Positions 1 to 9,291 of a stretch of DNA of 64,000 bases are shown piece by piece. This DNA is from an uncultured Actinomycetota bacterium. Its GTDB lineage: Bacteria; Actinomycetota; UBA4738; HRBIN12. Location of the stretch: positions 462,701-526,700 of the forward strand of contig CAVVSH010000015.1 in NCBI GenBank assembly GCA_963750945.1, given 5' to 3'. The notes below the pieces were generated by a model. That model had not been told where the DNA came from, did no database searches, and saw nothing but the letters and a program-made list of their open reading frames with translations. Made by a program: the position numbers and the translations under genes. Within the stretch, counting starts at the first letter, position 1, and each line of letters starts with the position of its first letter.

Positions 1-252
1 CCGCCAGCCGACGAACGGCAGATGGACGTGGCAGTCCACGAAGCCGGGAACGATCGTCCCCTCGTCGATCCTCCCGAGCGAGACCGGCTCCCAAGGAAGG
101 TCGTCCGCCGGACCGACGAAGACGATGGTGCCGTCCTCGTCCCACGCGACGCCGCCGGGCGAGATCACCGTGGCGGTGGCGGCGACGCCTCTCGCGGGGA
201 GCGGTCCACGGGCGGTCGCGAGCGCCGCCGCCACCGCCGCCCCTCGCGCCAT
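1..252 (-). CDS. amidohydrolase-family protein (imidazolonepropionase-like), N-terminal part only; the gene runs off the window start
   Basis: Minus-strand ATG at 252-250. The translation MARGAAVAAALATARGPLPARGVAATATVISPGGVAWDEDGTIVFVGPADDLPWEPVSLGRIDEGTIVPGFVDCHVHLPFVGWR has the VDxHxHL metal-binding N-terminus typical of HutI/amidohydrolases. It is absent from the ORF track because there is no stop inside the window. Confidence 0.5.
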   Translation of the reverse strand, partial: MARGAAVAAALATARGPLPARGVAATATVISPGGVAWDEDGTIVFVGPADDLPWEPVSLGRIDEGTIVPGFVDCHVHLPFVGWR

Positions 253-299
253 GCGGGAAGCCTAGCTTCGCGCCCGTGAGCGGGCGCCCCAGCCAGATG

Positions 300-623
300 T
301 CAGCCGGATGGCGGCGGCGCGACCACCAGCAGGACCACTGCGGGCTCATCCGACGCGTTCCGCATCGTCAGGTCCAGGCCTGCCGGCACTTCCACCGCCT
401 CCCACTGCTTCATGCGGGCTCGACCCTTCCCGACCTGGGTCGCGATCTCGCCGGCGAGCACGACGACGATGCCGTCGGCGCCGTCGTCGCGGATCGGGCC
501 TACCCCTTGCGACCCTTCGAGGCAGACGATCTCGGACCAGAGGCGCTCACCCTCGATCAGCGTCCGGCGACGTGGTTCGTCATCGGAGAAGTGGACGAGG
601 TCCCGGATGTCCAGCGTCTTCAC
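300..623 (-). CDS. cupin-domain protein (about 107 aa)
   Basis: The tail of the minus ORF 300..2060 reads VKTLDIRDLVHFSDDEPRRRTLIEGERLWSEIVCLEGSQGVGPIRDDGADGIVVVLAGEI..VEVPAGLDLTMRNASDEPAVVLL, a cupin-like two-motif pattern. I take the GTG at 623 as the start. The rest of that long ORF is antisense to pepA and is not believed. Confidence 0.4.
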   Translation of the reverse strand: MKTLDIRDLVHFSDDEPRRRTLIEGERLWSEIVCLEGSQGVGPIRDDGADGIVVVLAGEIATQVGKGRARMKQWEAVEVPAGLDLTMRNASDEPAVVLLVVAPPPSG

Positions 624-707
624 GGGCCTCAGGGTACCGGTGTCCGCTGTTGCGTCCGGGCTACACTGCTGCTCCTGCGCTAGGCCCGACGAAGGAGGCT
701 GCACTCG

Positions 708-2174
708 GTGACCACGTTCTCGTTCTCCACGGACGCACCCCTCGCGGTGAAGGCGGGCGTCTTGATCCTGCCGGTCTTCCAAGGGCCGGAATTCGGCCCC
801 GGTGTCAAGGAAACGGGCCTCGAGCAGGCCTATCGCGATGCCAAGCTCACCGGCAAGAAAGGCGAGTCGCTCCTGGTCACCAAGCGGAACGGCGACAGAT
901 TCGCGGCGAGCGCCGTACTCCTGCACGGCGTCGGCGAGCGCCGGGACTTCGACGTCCCTGCGATGCGCAAGTCCCTCGGGCGGATCGCCCCGTCGATCGG
1001 GCGCTTCGGGCACGCCGCCACCACGTTCTCTCAGGCGGTGAAGGGCGACGTCGGCGAGGTCTCGCAGGCGGCCGCGGAGGGACTCGGTCTCGGTGGCTAT
1101 CGCTTCGATCGCTACAAGTCCGCGAAGGACCACAAGCCTTTGACGAAGGTCACGGTCGTTGGGGGGAAGGCGGATGCGAAGGTCGGACGGAAGGCCGTTC
1201 GCAGCGCTGATGTGATCGTGGATGCGGTCGCCTGGGCGCGCGATCTGGTCAACACGCCGGCCGGGGACATGCCCCCCGCGCAGCTGGCGCGCGAGGCGCA
1301 GGCGATGGCGAAGGCGGAGGGATTGACGTGCAAGGTGTGGACGGAGGCTGAGCTCAAGAAGCGTGGGTTCGGCGGCATCCTGGGGGTCGGGCAGGGGAGC
1401 GTGAACCCGCCTCGGCTGATCGAGCTGTCCTACAAGGGCGCCGGTGGATCGACCCCGATCGCCCTCACCGGCAAGGGCATCGCGTTCGACTCGGGCGGAC
1501 TGTCGATCAAGGACGCGAAAGGCATGGAGACGATGAAGATCGACATGGGCGGAGCCGCGTCGATCCTCGCGACGATGAAGGTGATCGCCCGGTTGCAGCC
1601 GAAGATCAACGTGATCGCCGCGATCCCCTCGGCAGAGAACATGCCCAGCGGCGCCGCGCAGAAGCCCGGTGACGTGATCAGGCACTACGGCGGGAAGACG
1701 TCGGAGGTCCTGAACACCGACGCGGAGGGGAGGCTGATCCTGGCGGACGCCCTCGCACTGCTCGCCGAGAAGAAGCCCTCGTGCATCGTGGACACGGCGA
1801 CCCTCACCGGCGCGTGCATGGTCGCGCTGGGGACCGACATCACGGGCGCGATGGGCAACGACGACGCGCTCGTCGAGGAGATCGTCCAGGCGGGCCGCTC
1901 GACGGGCGACTGGATCTGGCCGTTGCCATTGCACAAGGAGTACCGGCGGTTGATCGATTCGAACATCGCCGACATCAAGAACATCGGCGATCGCTGGGGC
2001 GGCGCGATCACGGCGGCATGGTTCCTGGCGGAGTTCGTCGGCGACGTGCCGTGGGTGCATCTGGACATCGCCGGCCCGGCCTTCTCCGAGAAGGGCAACG
2101 ACCTGGGGCCGAAGGGCGCGACGGGCGTTCCCGTCCGAGCCCTCGTGCGCTTCGTGCTCGACCGGGCGGCGTGA
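708..2174 (+). CDS. pepA: leucyl aminopeptidase (M17 family)
   Basis: Has the NTDAEGRL signature plus GKGITFDSGG and Mn/Zn ligand motifs across the 488-aa ORF. GTG start. Confidence 0.9.
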   Translation: MTTFSFSTDAPLAVKAGVLILPVFQGPEFGPGVKETGLEQAYRDAKLTGKKGESLLVTKRNGDRFAASAVLLHGVGERRDFDVPAMRKSLGRIAPSIGRFGHAATTFSQAVKGDVGEVSQAAAEGLGLGGYRFDRYKSAKDHKPLTKVTVVGGKADAKVGRKAVRSADVIVDAVAWARDLVNTPAGDMPPAQLAREAQAMAKAEGLTCKVWTEAELKKRGFGGILGVGQGSVNPPRLIELSYKGAGGSTPIALTGKGIAFDSGGLSIKDAKGMETMKIDMGGAASILATMKVIARLQPKINVIAAIPSAENMPSGAAQKPGDVIRHYGGKTSEVLNTDAEGRLILADALALLAEKKPSCIVDTATLTGACMVALGTDITGAMGNDDALVEEIVQAGRSTGDWIWPLPLHKEYRRLIDSNIADIKNIGDRWGGAITAAWFLAEFVGDVPWVHLDIAGPAFSEKGNDLGPKGATGVPVRALVRFVLDRAA

Positions 2175-2893
2175 CCGACAAGGAAACCGCTCCGCGCACG
2201 GGGCCGGTCCTCGGCGTCTTCGCGCATCCGGACGACGCCGAGATCTGCGCCGGGGGAGTGCTCGCGAAGTGGGCGGCGGCCGGTCGCGACGTCCACCTGC
2301 TGATCCTCACCAACGGCGATCGCGGCTCCCAGGATCCCGCGCAGGACCGGGCGGAGCTGGCCGCCACGCGGGTCCGGGAGACGGAGGAAGGAGCCGAGGT
2401 GCTGGGACTCACGAGCGTCCGGGTCGGCTCGATCTCCGACAGCGAGCTCCGGAACACCGACGAGGTGCGCGAGGGCGTCGTGCGCCGGATCCGGGAGGTC
2501 CGCGCCGAGACGGTCGTGGCGTGCGACCCGACCGCGGTGTTCTTCGAGAACCGGTACTACAACCACTCGGATCATCGCGCCTCGGGCTTCGTCGCGCTGG
2601 ACGCGTCCTACCCCGGGAGCGGGAACCCGCACTTCTTCCCAGAGCAGCTCGCCGAGGGTCTCGAGGCGCAGGACGTCTTCGACCTCTGGCTCGGCTGGAC
2701 GAACGAGCCCAACCACGTGGAGGACATCTCGGGCTTCCTGCCGGCCAAGGTGGCGGCCCTGGCGAAGCACGACAGCCAGCTGTCCGAGGGGATCCGTTTC
2801 TTCGAGGACTTCCTGGGCAAGGACGCGGTCGAGGCCGGGAAGAAGATCGGCGTCGAGCATGCCGAGGAGTTCCGTGTGCTCGACCTGAGCTGA
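2171..2893 (+). CDS. PIG-L/LmbE family deacetylase (MshB/Mca-like)
   Basis: AHPDDAE motif near the N-terminus, HxDH later in the protein. GTG start overlaps the pepA stop (GTGA). Confidence 0.8.
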   Translation: MTDKETAPRTGPVLGVFAHPDDAEICAGGVLAKWAAAGRDVHLLILTNGDRGSQDPAQDRAELAATRVRETEEGAEVLGLTSVRVGSISDSELRNTDEVREGVVRRIREVRAETVVACDPTAVFFENRYYNHSDHRASGFVALDASYPGSGNPHFFPEQLAEGLEAQDVFDLWLGWTNEPNHVEDISGFLPAKVAALAKHDSQLSEGIRFFEDFLGKDAVEAGKKIGVEHAEEFRVLDLS

Positions 2894-2898
2894 CGCCC

Positions 2899-3498
2899 TC
2901 AGGCCGCGACGGTCAGAGCCCCGCGCATGCCCGACGTGGCGCCGAACTTGCAGGTGAACGCGAGCAGGCCCGAGCGGGGGAAGACGACCTCGACCTCACC
3001 TCGTGCGCGGACACCGCAGTCGAGGTCGATCTTCTGCCCCGGCACGCTGAAGTTGTGGGCGCGGATGCCCTCGTTCTCGAGCTCGATGGTGACGGTCGCT
3101 CCGGCGGGGCCTTTCAGGACCGTCGGCCCGAAGTAGTCCTCGTCCATCTCCATCTCGATCGTGCCCCCGTCGACGACCCGGTCGCTCCCGTGGAAGTTGA
3201 CCCCGTGTCCGTCGATCATGATGTGGTCCCGCTCGAGCTTCTCGGGTTCCAAGCCGCCGCGGCGCATCCGGCCGACGCCATACTTCGTGTAGCCGCTCTC
3301 GCCGGTCCCCGGCTGACAGGGGAACGTCTCGGGACCGAGCAAGGGGACCGTTCCGTCGGGCGAGGCCGGAGGGCTGATCCCCATCCCTCCGTACCCGGCT
3401 CTGGACTCGTCGACCGGTCCGCCGGTCCCGTCGCCCTGACAGGCGGGGACGACGATCCCGATGGCGAAGACCACAGCCGCGATCCCGGTGCGCCGCAC
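2899..3498 (-). CDS. cupredoxin-like lipoprotein
   Basis: Signal peptide with a VPAC lipobox-like cysteine. C-terminal beta-rich domain with AHNFSV ... FTCKFGATSGM, which resembles type-1 copper site spacing but has no His between the Cys and the Met. Confidence 0.45.
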   Translation of the reverse strand: MRRTGIAAVVFAIGIVVPACQGDGTGGPVDESRAGYGGMGISPPASPDGTVPLLGPETFPCQPGTGESGYTKYGVGRMRRGGLEPEKLERDHIMIDGHGVNFHGSDRVVDGGTIEMEMDEDYFGPTVLKGPAGATVTIELENEGIRAHNFSVPGQKIDLDCGVRARGEVEVVFPRSGLLAFTCKFGATSGMRGALTVAA

Positions 3499-3593
3499 GA
3501 GCCTCCCCTCCAGACGCGACCCGCGACGCTACCACGAGCCCTCGCGGGGCAAGGAAACGAAACGCGCGCTCGAACGGCGTCGGGTTCCCGATC

Positions 3594-4388
3594 TCAGCGA
3601 GGCAAGGCGCCGACCGCGACGATCACGTCGTGGAAGTCGTTCAGCGGGTCGGGGAACCGGTCCGCGAACGTCGTTCGGGCTCGCTCGAGGAACGAGGCCC
3701 AGCCCGATTCGCCGAGCATGTTGCGGGCGAAGCGACCCACCGCCCAGGTCCCCAGACCCTCGACGAGATCGTCTCGCGGATACATCCACTGATAGCGCAT
3801 GCGCTGCGTTCGGATCTGCCGGAACCCGGCCTTGCGGAACGCGTCCTCGATCGCCTGGGGGTTCTTGAAGCGATCGTGGCCGGGGGCCGCCCCCGCGTAG
3901 GCGGGAGCCAGCAGGTCTCGGGGAATGACGGTCTCGATGAGCTCGATCCAGGCGTCCTGGAACGCGTCCTTGCCGTCCGACCACGTCGTGAATCCGATCC
4001 TGCCACCCGGCACGAGGACGCGCGTGATGTCGAACAATGCCGTCTCGACCTTGGCGAACTGCGCGAACACGAAGTTGCCGAGCACGACGTCGAAGGTCCG
4101 GTTGCGGAAGGGCAGATCGAGTGCCTCGGCGGCCACGATGGGGAGCGACGGGCGCTCCCGGTGCGCGACGGAGAGCATGCCCAGCGAGCGGTCGATCCCC
4201 ACGACCTTCGCGCCGGTGCGCGCGACCTCGTCCGCCGCCGCGCCCGTCCCGGTGCCGACGTCGAGGACCCGCTCCCCTTCACGGATGGCGAGCGCGGCGA
4301 CGAGGTCGCGCGCCGCCTCCGCGAAGCGGGGTGCGTGCACGCGCCCGTACGTCTCCGCGACGTCGTCGTAGGAACGCCAGTCCTCCAT
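3594..4388 (-). CDS. class I SAM-dependent methyltransferase
   Basis: VLDVGTGTG motif I plus a downstream acidic motif. 264 aa. Confidence 0.8.
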   Translation of the reverse strand: MEDWRSYDDVAETYGRVHAPRFAEAARDLVAALAIREGERVLDVGTGTGAAADEVARTGAKVVGIDRSLGMLSVAHRERPSLPIVAAEALDLPFRNRTFDVVLGNFVFAQFAKVETALFDITRVLVPGGRIGFTTWSDGKDAFQDAWIELIETVIPRDLLAPAYAGAAPGHDRFKNPQAIEDAFRKAGFRQIRTQRMRYQWMYPRDDLVEGLGTWAVGRFARNMLGESGWASFLERARTTFADRFPDPLNDFHDVIVAVGALPR

Positions 4389-4469
4389 CGGCGCAGCCTA
4401 CCCGGTGCGTGCCGGACGCCCGGAGGCAGTCTCCGAGGGCGCCACGGATAGACTCCGCGCGATGCGAGC

Positions 4470-5267
4470 GTGATCGGGGTCGCGGGCGTCATGGCCGTCG
4501 TCCTGGCCGAGGCGGTGGCCGGAGCGACGCTCTTCCTATGGGTGAGCCCGCTGTGGACCGAGGTGAAGCGAGGCTTCTTCAAGCTCCTCGGCGCGATCCT
4601 CACGGTGCTCGCCGTCCTCACGTGGCTCTCGGTCGAGTCGGCCGTCGTGGATGGCTTCTCCTTCGGCGGCGCCCTCCGTGCGACCACGATCGCGGCAGCG
4701 GTCGCGACCGCGCTGTGGACCGCGCTGCTGTTCGCGCGGCAGCCGGCGGCCTCGCGTGTCGTGGGGTTGCTCAGCGTGCCCGCGTGGTGCGCGGTTCTCG
4801 TCTGGATGGGTGGCGCCGGCCGCCAGTCGTATCCGCTCGCGCTCTTCCAGCTGGCGGCCGGCGCCGGCTTGCTGGGAGCGGCGACGGACGGTCTCCTCCT
4901 CGGCCATTGGTACCTGACCGATCGGAAGCTGCCGCGAGGCCCGATCGACCGGGTGACGACGATCCTGCTGGTGTCGGTGGTCGTGGCCGCGATCGCCGTG
5001 ATCAGCGCGGGGTTCTCGGGCGTCGAGACGTCGGCATCGATCAACCCGCTGCTCACCGCGGGCGCGTTGGCACCGTGGATCGCGCTCGGGATGGTGGGGG
5101 CCACGGCGCTGATCGCCTTCATGGTGAAGGCCGTGCTCAAGGGTGAGCGGGCCTCGGCCGTGCAGTCGGCCACCGGCTTCTACTACCTCGCGGTCGTGAC
5201 GGCGTTCACTGCCGAGGTGGCCGTGAAGACGCGGTTCCTCGACACCTCCTTCGGGCAGGGGGGCTGA
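4470..5267 (+). CDS. integral membrane protein, function unknown
   Basis: Multiple hydrophobic helices. Overlaps the next gene by 1 nt (TGATG), implying translational coupling. Confidence 0.5.
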   Translation: MIGVAGVMAVVLAEAVAGATLFLWVSPLWTEVKRGFFKLLGAILTVLAVLTWLSVESAVVDGFSFGGALRATTIAAAVATALWTALLFARQPAASRVVGLLSVPAWCAVLVWMGGAGRQSYPLALFQLAAGAGLLGAATDGLLLGHWYLTDRKLPRGPIDRVTTILLVSVVVAAIAVISAGFSGVETSASINPLLTAGALAPWIALGMVGATALIAFMVKAVLKGERASAVQSATGFYYLAVVTAFTAEVAVKTRFLDTSFGQGG

Positions 5268-5893
5268 TGCCTGAGACGGTGATCGTCGCCGGGATCGTCG
5301 TGCAGGTCGTCGTGTGGCGCGTGGTCGCGCACGACCGCCTCCCGTTCTGGCCCACGACCGGAGTCATGTTCACGTTCCTCGGGATCGCGTCGCTCCTCAC
5401 CGGTGATCCGAGCTGCTGTCGGGAGACAGACGTCGCGGTCGCCGCCGGCGTGGGTATCGCGTCGGGGGCGGCGCTGTACGGTGCGACCCGGTTGGTCGTC
5501 GGCATCGCCACCCGGTCTCCGCGACTCGATCGAGCGGTGGTCGACGTCTATCGCCACACGCAGGAGACCTCGTTCCTCATCGCCCTCGCGCTCACGGTCG
5601 CCATCGCGGTGCCGGGAGAAGAGCTGTTCTGGCGTGGTCTCGTGCTGCCCGAGCTCCAGGAGGCGACCTCCTCCACGACGGGCGCCTTGCTGACCTGGGC
5701 CGCCGCCGTCGGCGTGATCGCGGCGTCGGCCAGCGCGCCGTTGCTCGCCGGCGCGGTCGTGGGCGGTGCGCTCTGGACGTGGTTGGCGACGTGGAGCGGA
5801 GGTCTCGTCGCGCCGCTGGCGAGCCACCTCGTGTGGACCGGGCTGATGCTCTCGTGGCCGCCGCTCGCCGGCCGTGCGAAGGTGACGGCATGA
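5267..5893 (+). CDS. CPBP family intramembrane metalloprotease (CAAX protease / Abi-like)
   Basis: EELFWRG (EExxxR) and HLVWTG (HxxxN/H-like) motifs in TM helices. Confidence 0.7.
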   Translation: MPETVIVAGIVVQVVVWRVVAHDRLPFWPTTGVMFTFLGIASLLTGDPSCCRETDVAVAAGVGIASGAALYGATRLVVGIATRSPRLDRAVVDVYRHTQETSFLIALALTVAIAVPGEELFWRGLVLPELQEATSSTTGALLTWAAAVGVIAASASAPLLAGAVVGGALWTWLATWSGGLVAPLASHLVWTGLMLSWPPLAGRAKVTA

Positions 5894-6837
5894 GCTTCCT
5901 CTCCACCGCCGTCCAATCCGTGCTGGAGCAAGGCCAGTTCTGCTACGCGGCCACGTCCCCGCCGACCGGCCCCCATTGCACGCCGCTCGTGTTCGCGTAC
6001 TCGGGCGGCAGGTTGTGGCTGACCACCTCGCGGCGTTCGGTGAAAACGCGGGCGTGGCGCGTCGATCCCTCCGCGGCCGGCCTCGTTCGCCACGGCGAGC
6101 TCGCCGTTTCGTTCACCGGTGAGGCCAAGCTCTACGACGCGCTCGACCGCAGCACCTGGGGAGGGGCGGTGGCGGGTGCGACCTCGATCGCTCGAGCCAC
6201 CGCCGCCTTCAGCAAGAAGAACGCGCGCTTCTTCGCCGGGTACGCGTTCGACGCGAAGCAGGTGCCCTTCGCGTGGACGCCGCCCGGCAGGGTGTTCGTC
6301 GGCATCGAGCTTGACCGGACGGCTCTCGTCGATGAGGACGGGGTGCAGGAGGGAAGGGGTCGTTGGGGCGGCACGTCGACGTCGCACGAGACGTTCCGGC
6401 GCTCCACGAAGGGCGAGGATCCGTTCTCGGCCCTCCCGCGCGAGGTCAGGGAGCCCCTCGGCACGGACGGCGTCGGATCCCTGACGCTCGTCGGGGACCG
6501 CGGCCCGGTCGTCGTGCCGGTGCGCTGGCGGGTGGACGCGCACGCCTTGTATGCCTCCGTGCCGGCTGCGACCCTTTCGCTGGCCGCCGCGGGCCCGGAC
6601 GTGCCCGCGGCGCTGACCGTCGACGAGGCGTCCGAGTGGCGCGCTCGCGACATGGTCGGCGCGATGGTGCAGGGCACGGGGTCGATCTACGTCCTCGATG
6701 AGGTCGGGAGCGGCGCCAAGTCGGCGCGGGGGATCGCGACCGAGATCGACCCGGACGCGGGGGCCCTGGTTCGGCTCGCGCCTTCCCGGTTGGTGTGGTG
6801 GCGCGGCTGGTCCAGTGGCAGCGCCCACGTCGGATGA
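5890..6837 (+). CDS. pyridoxamine 5'-phosphate oxidase-family (PPOX / F420-type split-barrel) protein, two-domain
   Basis: ATGA overlap with the upstream stop. PPTGPHCTPLVFAYSGGRLWLTT-type split-barrel signature appears in both halves. Confidence 0.5.
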   Translation: MSFLSTAVQSVLEQGQFCYAATSPPTGPHCTPLVFAYSGGRLWLTTSRRSVKTRAWRVDPSAAGLVRHGELAVSFTGEAKLYDALDRSTWGGAVAGATSIARATAAFSKKNARFFAGYAFDAKQVPFAWTPPGRVFVGIELDRTALVDEDGVQEGRGRWGGTSTSHETFRRSTKGEDPFSALPREVREPLGTDGVGSLTLVGDRGPVVVPVRWRVDAHALYASVPAATLSLAAAGPDVPAALTVDEASEWRARDMVGAMVQGTGSIYVLDEVGSGAKSARGIATEIDPDAGALVRLAPSRLVWWRGWSSGSAHVG

Positions 6838-7277
6838 GCACGACCGAGTTCTCCGTCGAGGTGGACGCTCCCCCCGAGCGGGTCTGGGAGGTCGTGAGCG
6901 ACCCCGCCAACATCCCGCACTGGGAGCGCCATGTCGTGAGCGTGCGGGTACCCGACGGAGGGCTCGGCGTCGGATCCACGTATTCGGTGATCATGAGCTT
7001 CATGGGTGTGCGGATCATGGTTCGCGGCGAGATCTTGCGGTGGGAGCCCCCGGCCCACGCGACGATCAGGTTGCGCGGACCGCTGGATGCCACGATCGAC
7101 ACGTCCGTCGCACGGTTGCCCCGGGACCGAAGCGTGCTCCGTCACGAGGTGACGTACCGGTTCCGAGGACCCCTCGGGCGAGTCGTCGCCGCAGGGCTCA
7201 ATGCCGTCGGTGGTGCGCAGCTCGGGATCCGTCACGGAACCCTGGGACAGAAGCGCCAGATCGAATCGGGCGCCTAG
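6834..7277 (+). CDS. SRPBCC (START/Bet v1/polyketide cyclase-like) domain protein
   Basis: FSVEVDAPPERVWEVVSDPANIPHW is a typical SRPBCC N-terminus. ATGA overlap with the upstream gene. Confidence 0.6.
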   Translation: MSTTEFSVEVDAPPERVWEVVSDPANIPHWERHVVSVRVPDGGLGVGSTYSVIMSFMGVRIMVRGEILRWEPPAHATIRLRGPLDATIDTSVARLPRDRSVLRHEVTYRFRGPLGRVVAAGLNAVGGAQLGIRHGTLGQKRQIESGA

Positions 7278-7573
7278 TCCTTGGTCTCCCGTCTCTCGAG
7301 CCTCCTCGCGCGCCGGCGGAACCAGTTCACGCTCCACCCGATGACGAACCCGAGCGCGGCCGCGATGCCGATCGCCAGGGAGATCGCCACGTCCCAATCC
7401 CAGAACAAGAAGTCGATGTTCGCGTCGTCGAGGTTCTGGAGGGCGAAGATCACGAGGAGGAGCGCGGCGGTGCCGAGCGCGAAGGACTTGAGCCCGGTGT
7501 TCTCCCGCCGATACTCGAAGGTCGGCTTCCCTTCCGGGATCGCGTCGTTCGGATCTTCCTGTTCGCGTCGCAT
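7274..7573 (-). CDS. LapA-domain (DUF1049) small membrane protein
   Basis: TM helix followed by WFRRRARRLERRE. I take the internal ATG at 7573 as the start; the longer upstream extension is not believed. Confidence 0.5.
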   Translation of the reverse strand: MRREQEDPNDAIPEGKPTFEYRRENTGLKSFALGTAALLLVIFALQNLDDANIDFLFWDWDVAISLAIGIAAALGFVIGWSVNWFRRRARRLERRETKD

Positions 7574-7641
7574 CCTGACTCCGTGGCCCAGGCGATGGAC
7601 GTTCTGACGGCCGGCGACGATTGTCGCATGATGGCTCGCTG

Positions 7642-8262
7642 ATGAAGGTGGGTCCCACGGATCTGAGACGAGGACTGGGCCGGACCGCATGGGCGGCCGC
7701 GCTCGCCGCGGCGGGAGCGGCGATCGGCCAGGCCGCGCTCCGTACCGACGACGGACGAGAGCTCGACGAGAACCTCTTCAAGGCCGCCAACGCCGAGCAC
7801 GGCGAGGGGGCCGATCGCTTCTTCGGCGCGATCACCGAGCTGGGATCGCTCTACGCGGCGGCGGCGGCGGCCGGCGCGCTCGCGCTGGCCGGCCGCCGCC
7901 GCGAGGGCGCCCGCGCCCTGGCGGGCGCGGGCGCCACCTGGGCGCTCCTGCAAGGGGCGAAGCGCCTCGTCGATCGCCCTCGACCGTATCTGGCGTCGCC
8001 GGAGAGCACCCGCCGGATGATCGCGGAGCCACACGGCACGTCGTGGCCCTCCAGTCACCCCGCCGTTCTCACCACGTTCACGCGCGTGGCCGCGCGTGAG
8101 CTCGGCGTCGGTGCTCTCGGCCGGGCCGCCCTCACCGCTCTGGACGCCTCGGTCGCCGCGTCCCGCGTCGCCCTCGGCGTCCACTACCCGAGCGACGTGG
8201 CGAGCGGCCTCTTGTTCGGGCGCGCGGTCGCGCGGCTCTGGCCACGCGGAACCCACCGATAG
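7642..8262 (+). CDS. PAP2 family phosphatase
   Basis: KRLVDRPRP, PSSH and SRVALGVHYPSDV, the three PAP2 motifs. Start could instead be the TTG at 7621. Confidence 0.75.
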   Translation: MKVGPTDLRRGLGRTAWAAALAAAGAAIGQAALRTDDGRELDENLFKAANAEHGEGADRFFGAITELGSLYAAAAAAGALALAGRRREGARALAGAGATWALLQGAKRLVDRPRPYLASPESTRRMIAEPHGTSWPSSHPAVLTTFTRVAARELGVGALGRAALTALDASVAASRVALGVHYPSDVASGLLFGRAVARLWPRGTHR

Positions 8263-8273
8263 ACTCGCCCGCG

Positions 8274-9230
8274 ATGCTCGAGACGATCGCATCCGTCGGC
8301 TGGCCCGTTATCGACCGCTTCCATTTCGGGGACCGGATCGCGATCTCCCCGCACGGTCTCGGCATCGCGATCGGCTTCATGACGGGGGCGTGGCTGTTCA
8401 CGAAACTCTCGGTGCGGCGTGGCATCCCCGAGGGTCTCGCGAGCTCCATCGTGTTCTGGTCCGTCGTCGGCTCGCTCGTCGGCGCCCGGGTCGCCTACGT
8501 GATCGCGCACGTCTCGGAATTCGAGAGCCCGCTCGACTGGCTCAGGATCTGGGAGGGCGGGATCTCTCTCCTCGGCGGCATCGCAGGCGCGACGATCGCG
8601 AACGCGATCAACATCAAGCAGCAGGAGTACCGATTCCGGTTCTTCCAGGTGGCCGACACGATCGCACCCTGCCTCGCGCTTGGCATCTCGATCGGGCGGA
8701 TCGGGGACCTGATCATCGGAGACCACCTCGGCAAGCCGACGTCCTGGCTCCTTGCGTGGACCTACGAGGGAGGCACGCTCGCGCCGCCGTTCTCCTGCTC
8801 GGGCGACTCGTGCACCGCGACCCTCCACGAGGGATTCGTGGAGGCGATCGATCGAGCGGGGGCGACACTGGCCGACGCGACGGGCACCGTCATCGCTCGC
8901 GGGGTCGGCGTCCACCAGACGGCGCTCTACGACATGTTGCTGGCGGGCATCCTCTTCGCGTTCCTGTGGTGGTTCATCCGCTCCCCTCGGCGCGAGGGCG
9001 TGACGACCCTCGCGTTCGGACTGTCCTACGGATGCATCCGGCTTCTCGAGGACTCGCTCCGGATCGACAAGCGGTTCGGGCCGTTCACGGGTTCACAGTG
9101 GACGGCGCTCACCGTCGCGATCGTGGCGAGCGGGATCCTGATCTACTGGGCCGTCTCGAAACGTCCCGGCCCCACGACGCCCGGCCGTCTGGCAACTATC
9201 TCGGAGGCACCGTCCGAGGTCAGCCCCTGA
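8274..9230 (+). CDS. lgt: prolipoprotein diacylglyceryl transferase
   Basis: RIWEGGISLLGG, FFQVADTIAP and GRIGDLIIGDHLG align with the E. coli Lgt signature region. Confidence 0.85.
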   Translation: MLETIASVGWPVIDRFHFGDRIAISPHGLGIAIGFMTGAWLFTKLSVRRGIPEGLASSIVFWSVVGSLVGARVAYVIAHVSEFESPLDWLRIWEGGISLLGGIAGATIANAINIKQQEYRFRFFQVADTIAPCLALGISIGRIGDLIIGDHLGKPTSWLLAWTYEGGTLAPPFSCSGDSCTATLHEGFVEAIDRAGATLADATGTVIARGVGVHQTALYDMLLAGILFAFLWWFIRSPRREGVTTLAFGLSYGCIRLLEDSLRIDKRFGPFTGSQWTALTVAIVASGILIYWAVSKRPGPTTPGRLATISEAPSEVSP

Positions 9231-9236
9231 ACGAGA

Positions 9237-9266
9237 CCGGGCGGCCGGCTCATGCCGGCCGCCCGG
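9237..9266. terminator. bidirectional intrinsic terminator hairpin between convergent lgt and the metalloprotease gene
   Basis: Perfect 13-bp stem ccgggcggccggc / gccggccgcccgg with a tcat loop, lying between two convergent stop codons. Confidence 0.65.
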
Positions 9267-9291
9267 GCCACTCGCTTACTCGAGCCGGCGA

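Noticed and set aside
300-2060. 586-aa minus-strand ORF covering pepA in antisense
   Set aside because: Arg/Pro/Asp-rich, low-complexity composition typical of GC-rich antisense frames, and pepA on the plus strand has strong motifs. Only the last roughly 107 codons (the cupin-like stretch, 300-623) look protein-like and were kept.
3641-5173. 510-aa minus-strand ORF, Ser/Arg/Thr-rich
   Set aside because: Antisense to the methyltransferase and membrane-protein genes. Composition is a high-GC artefact.
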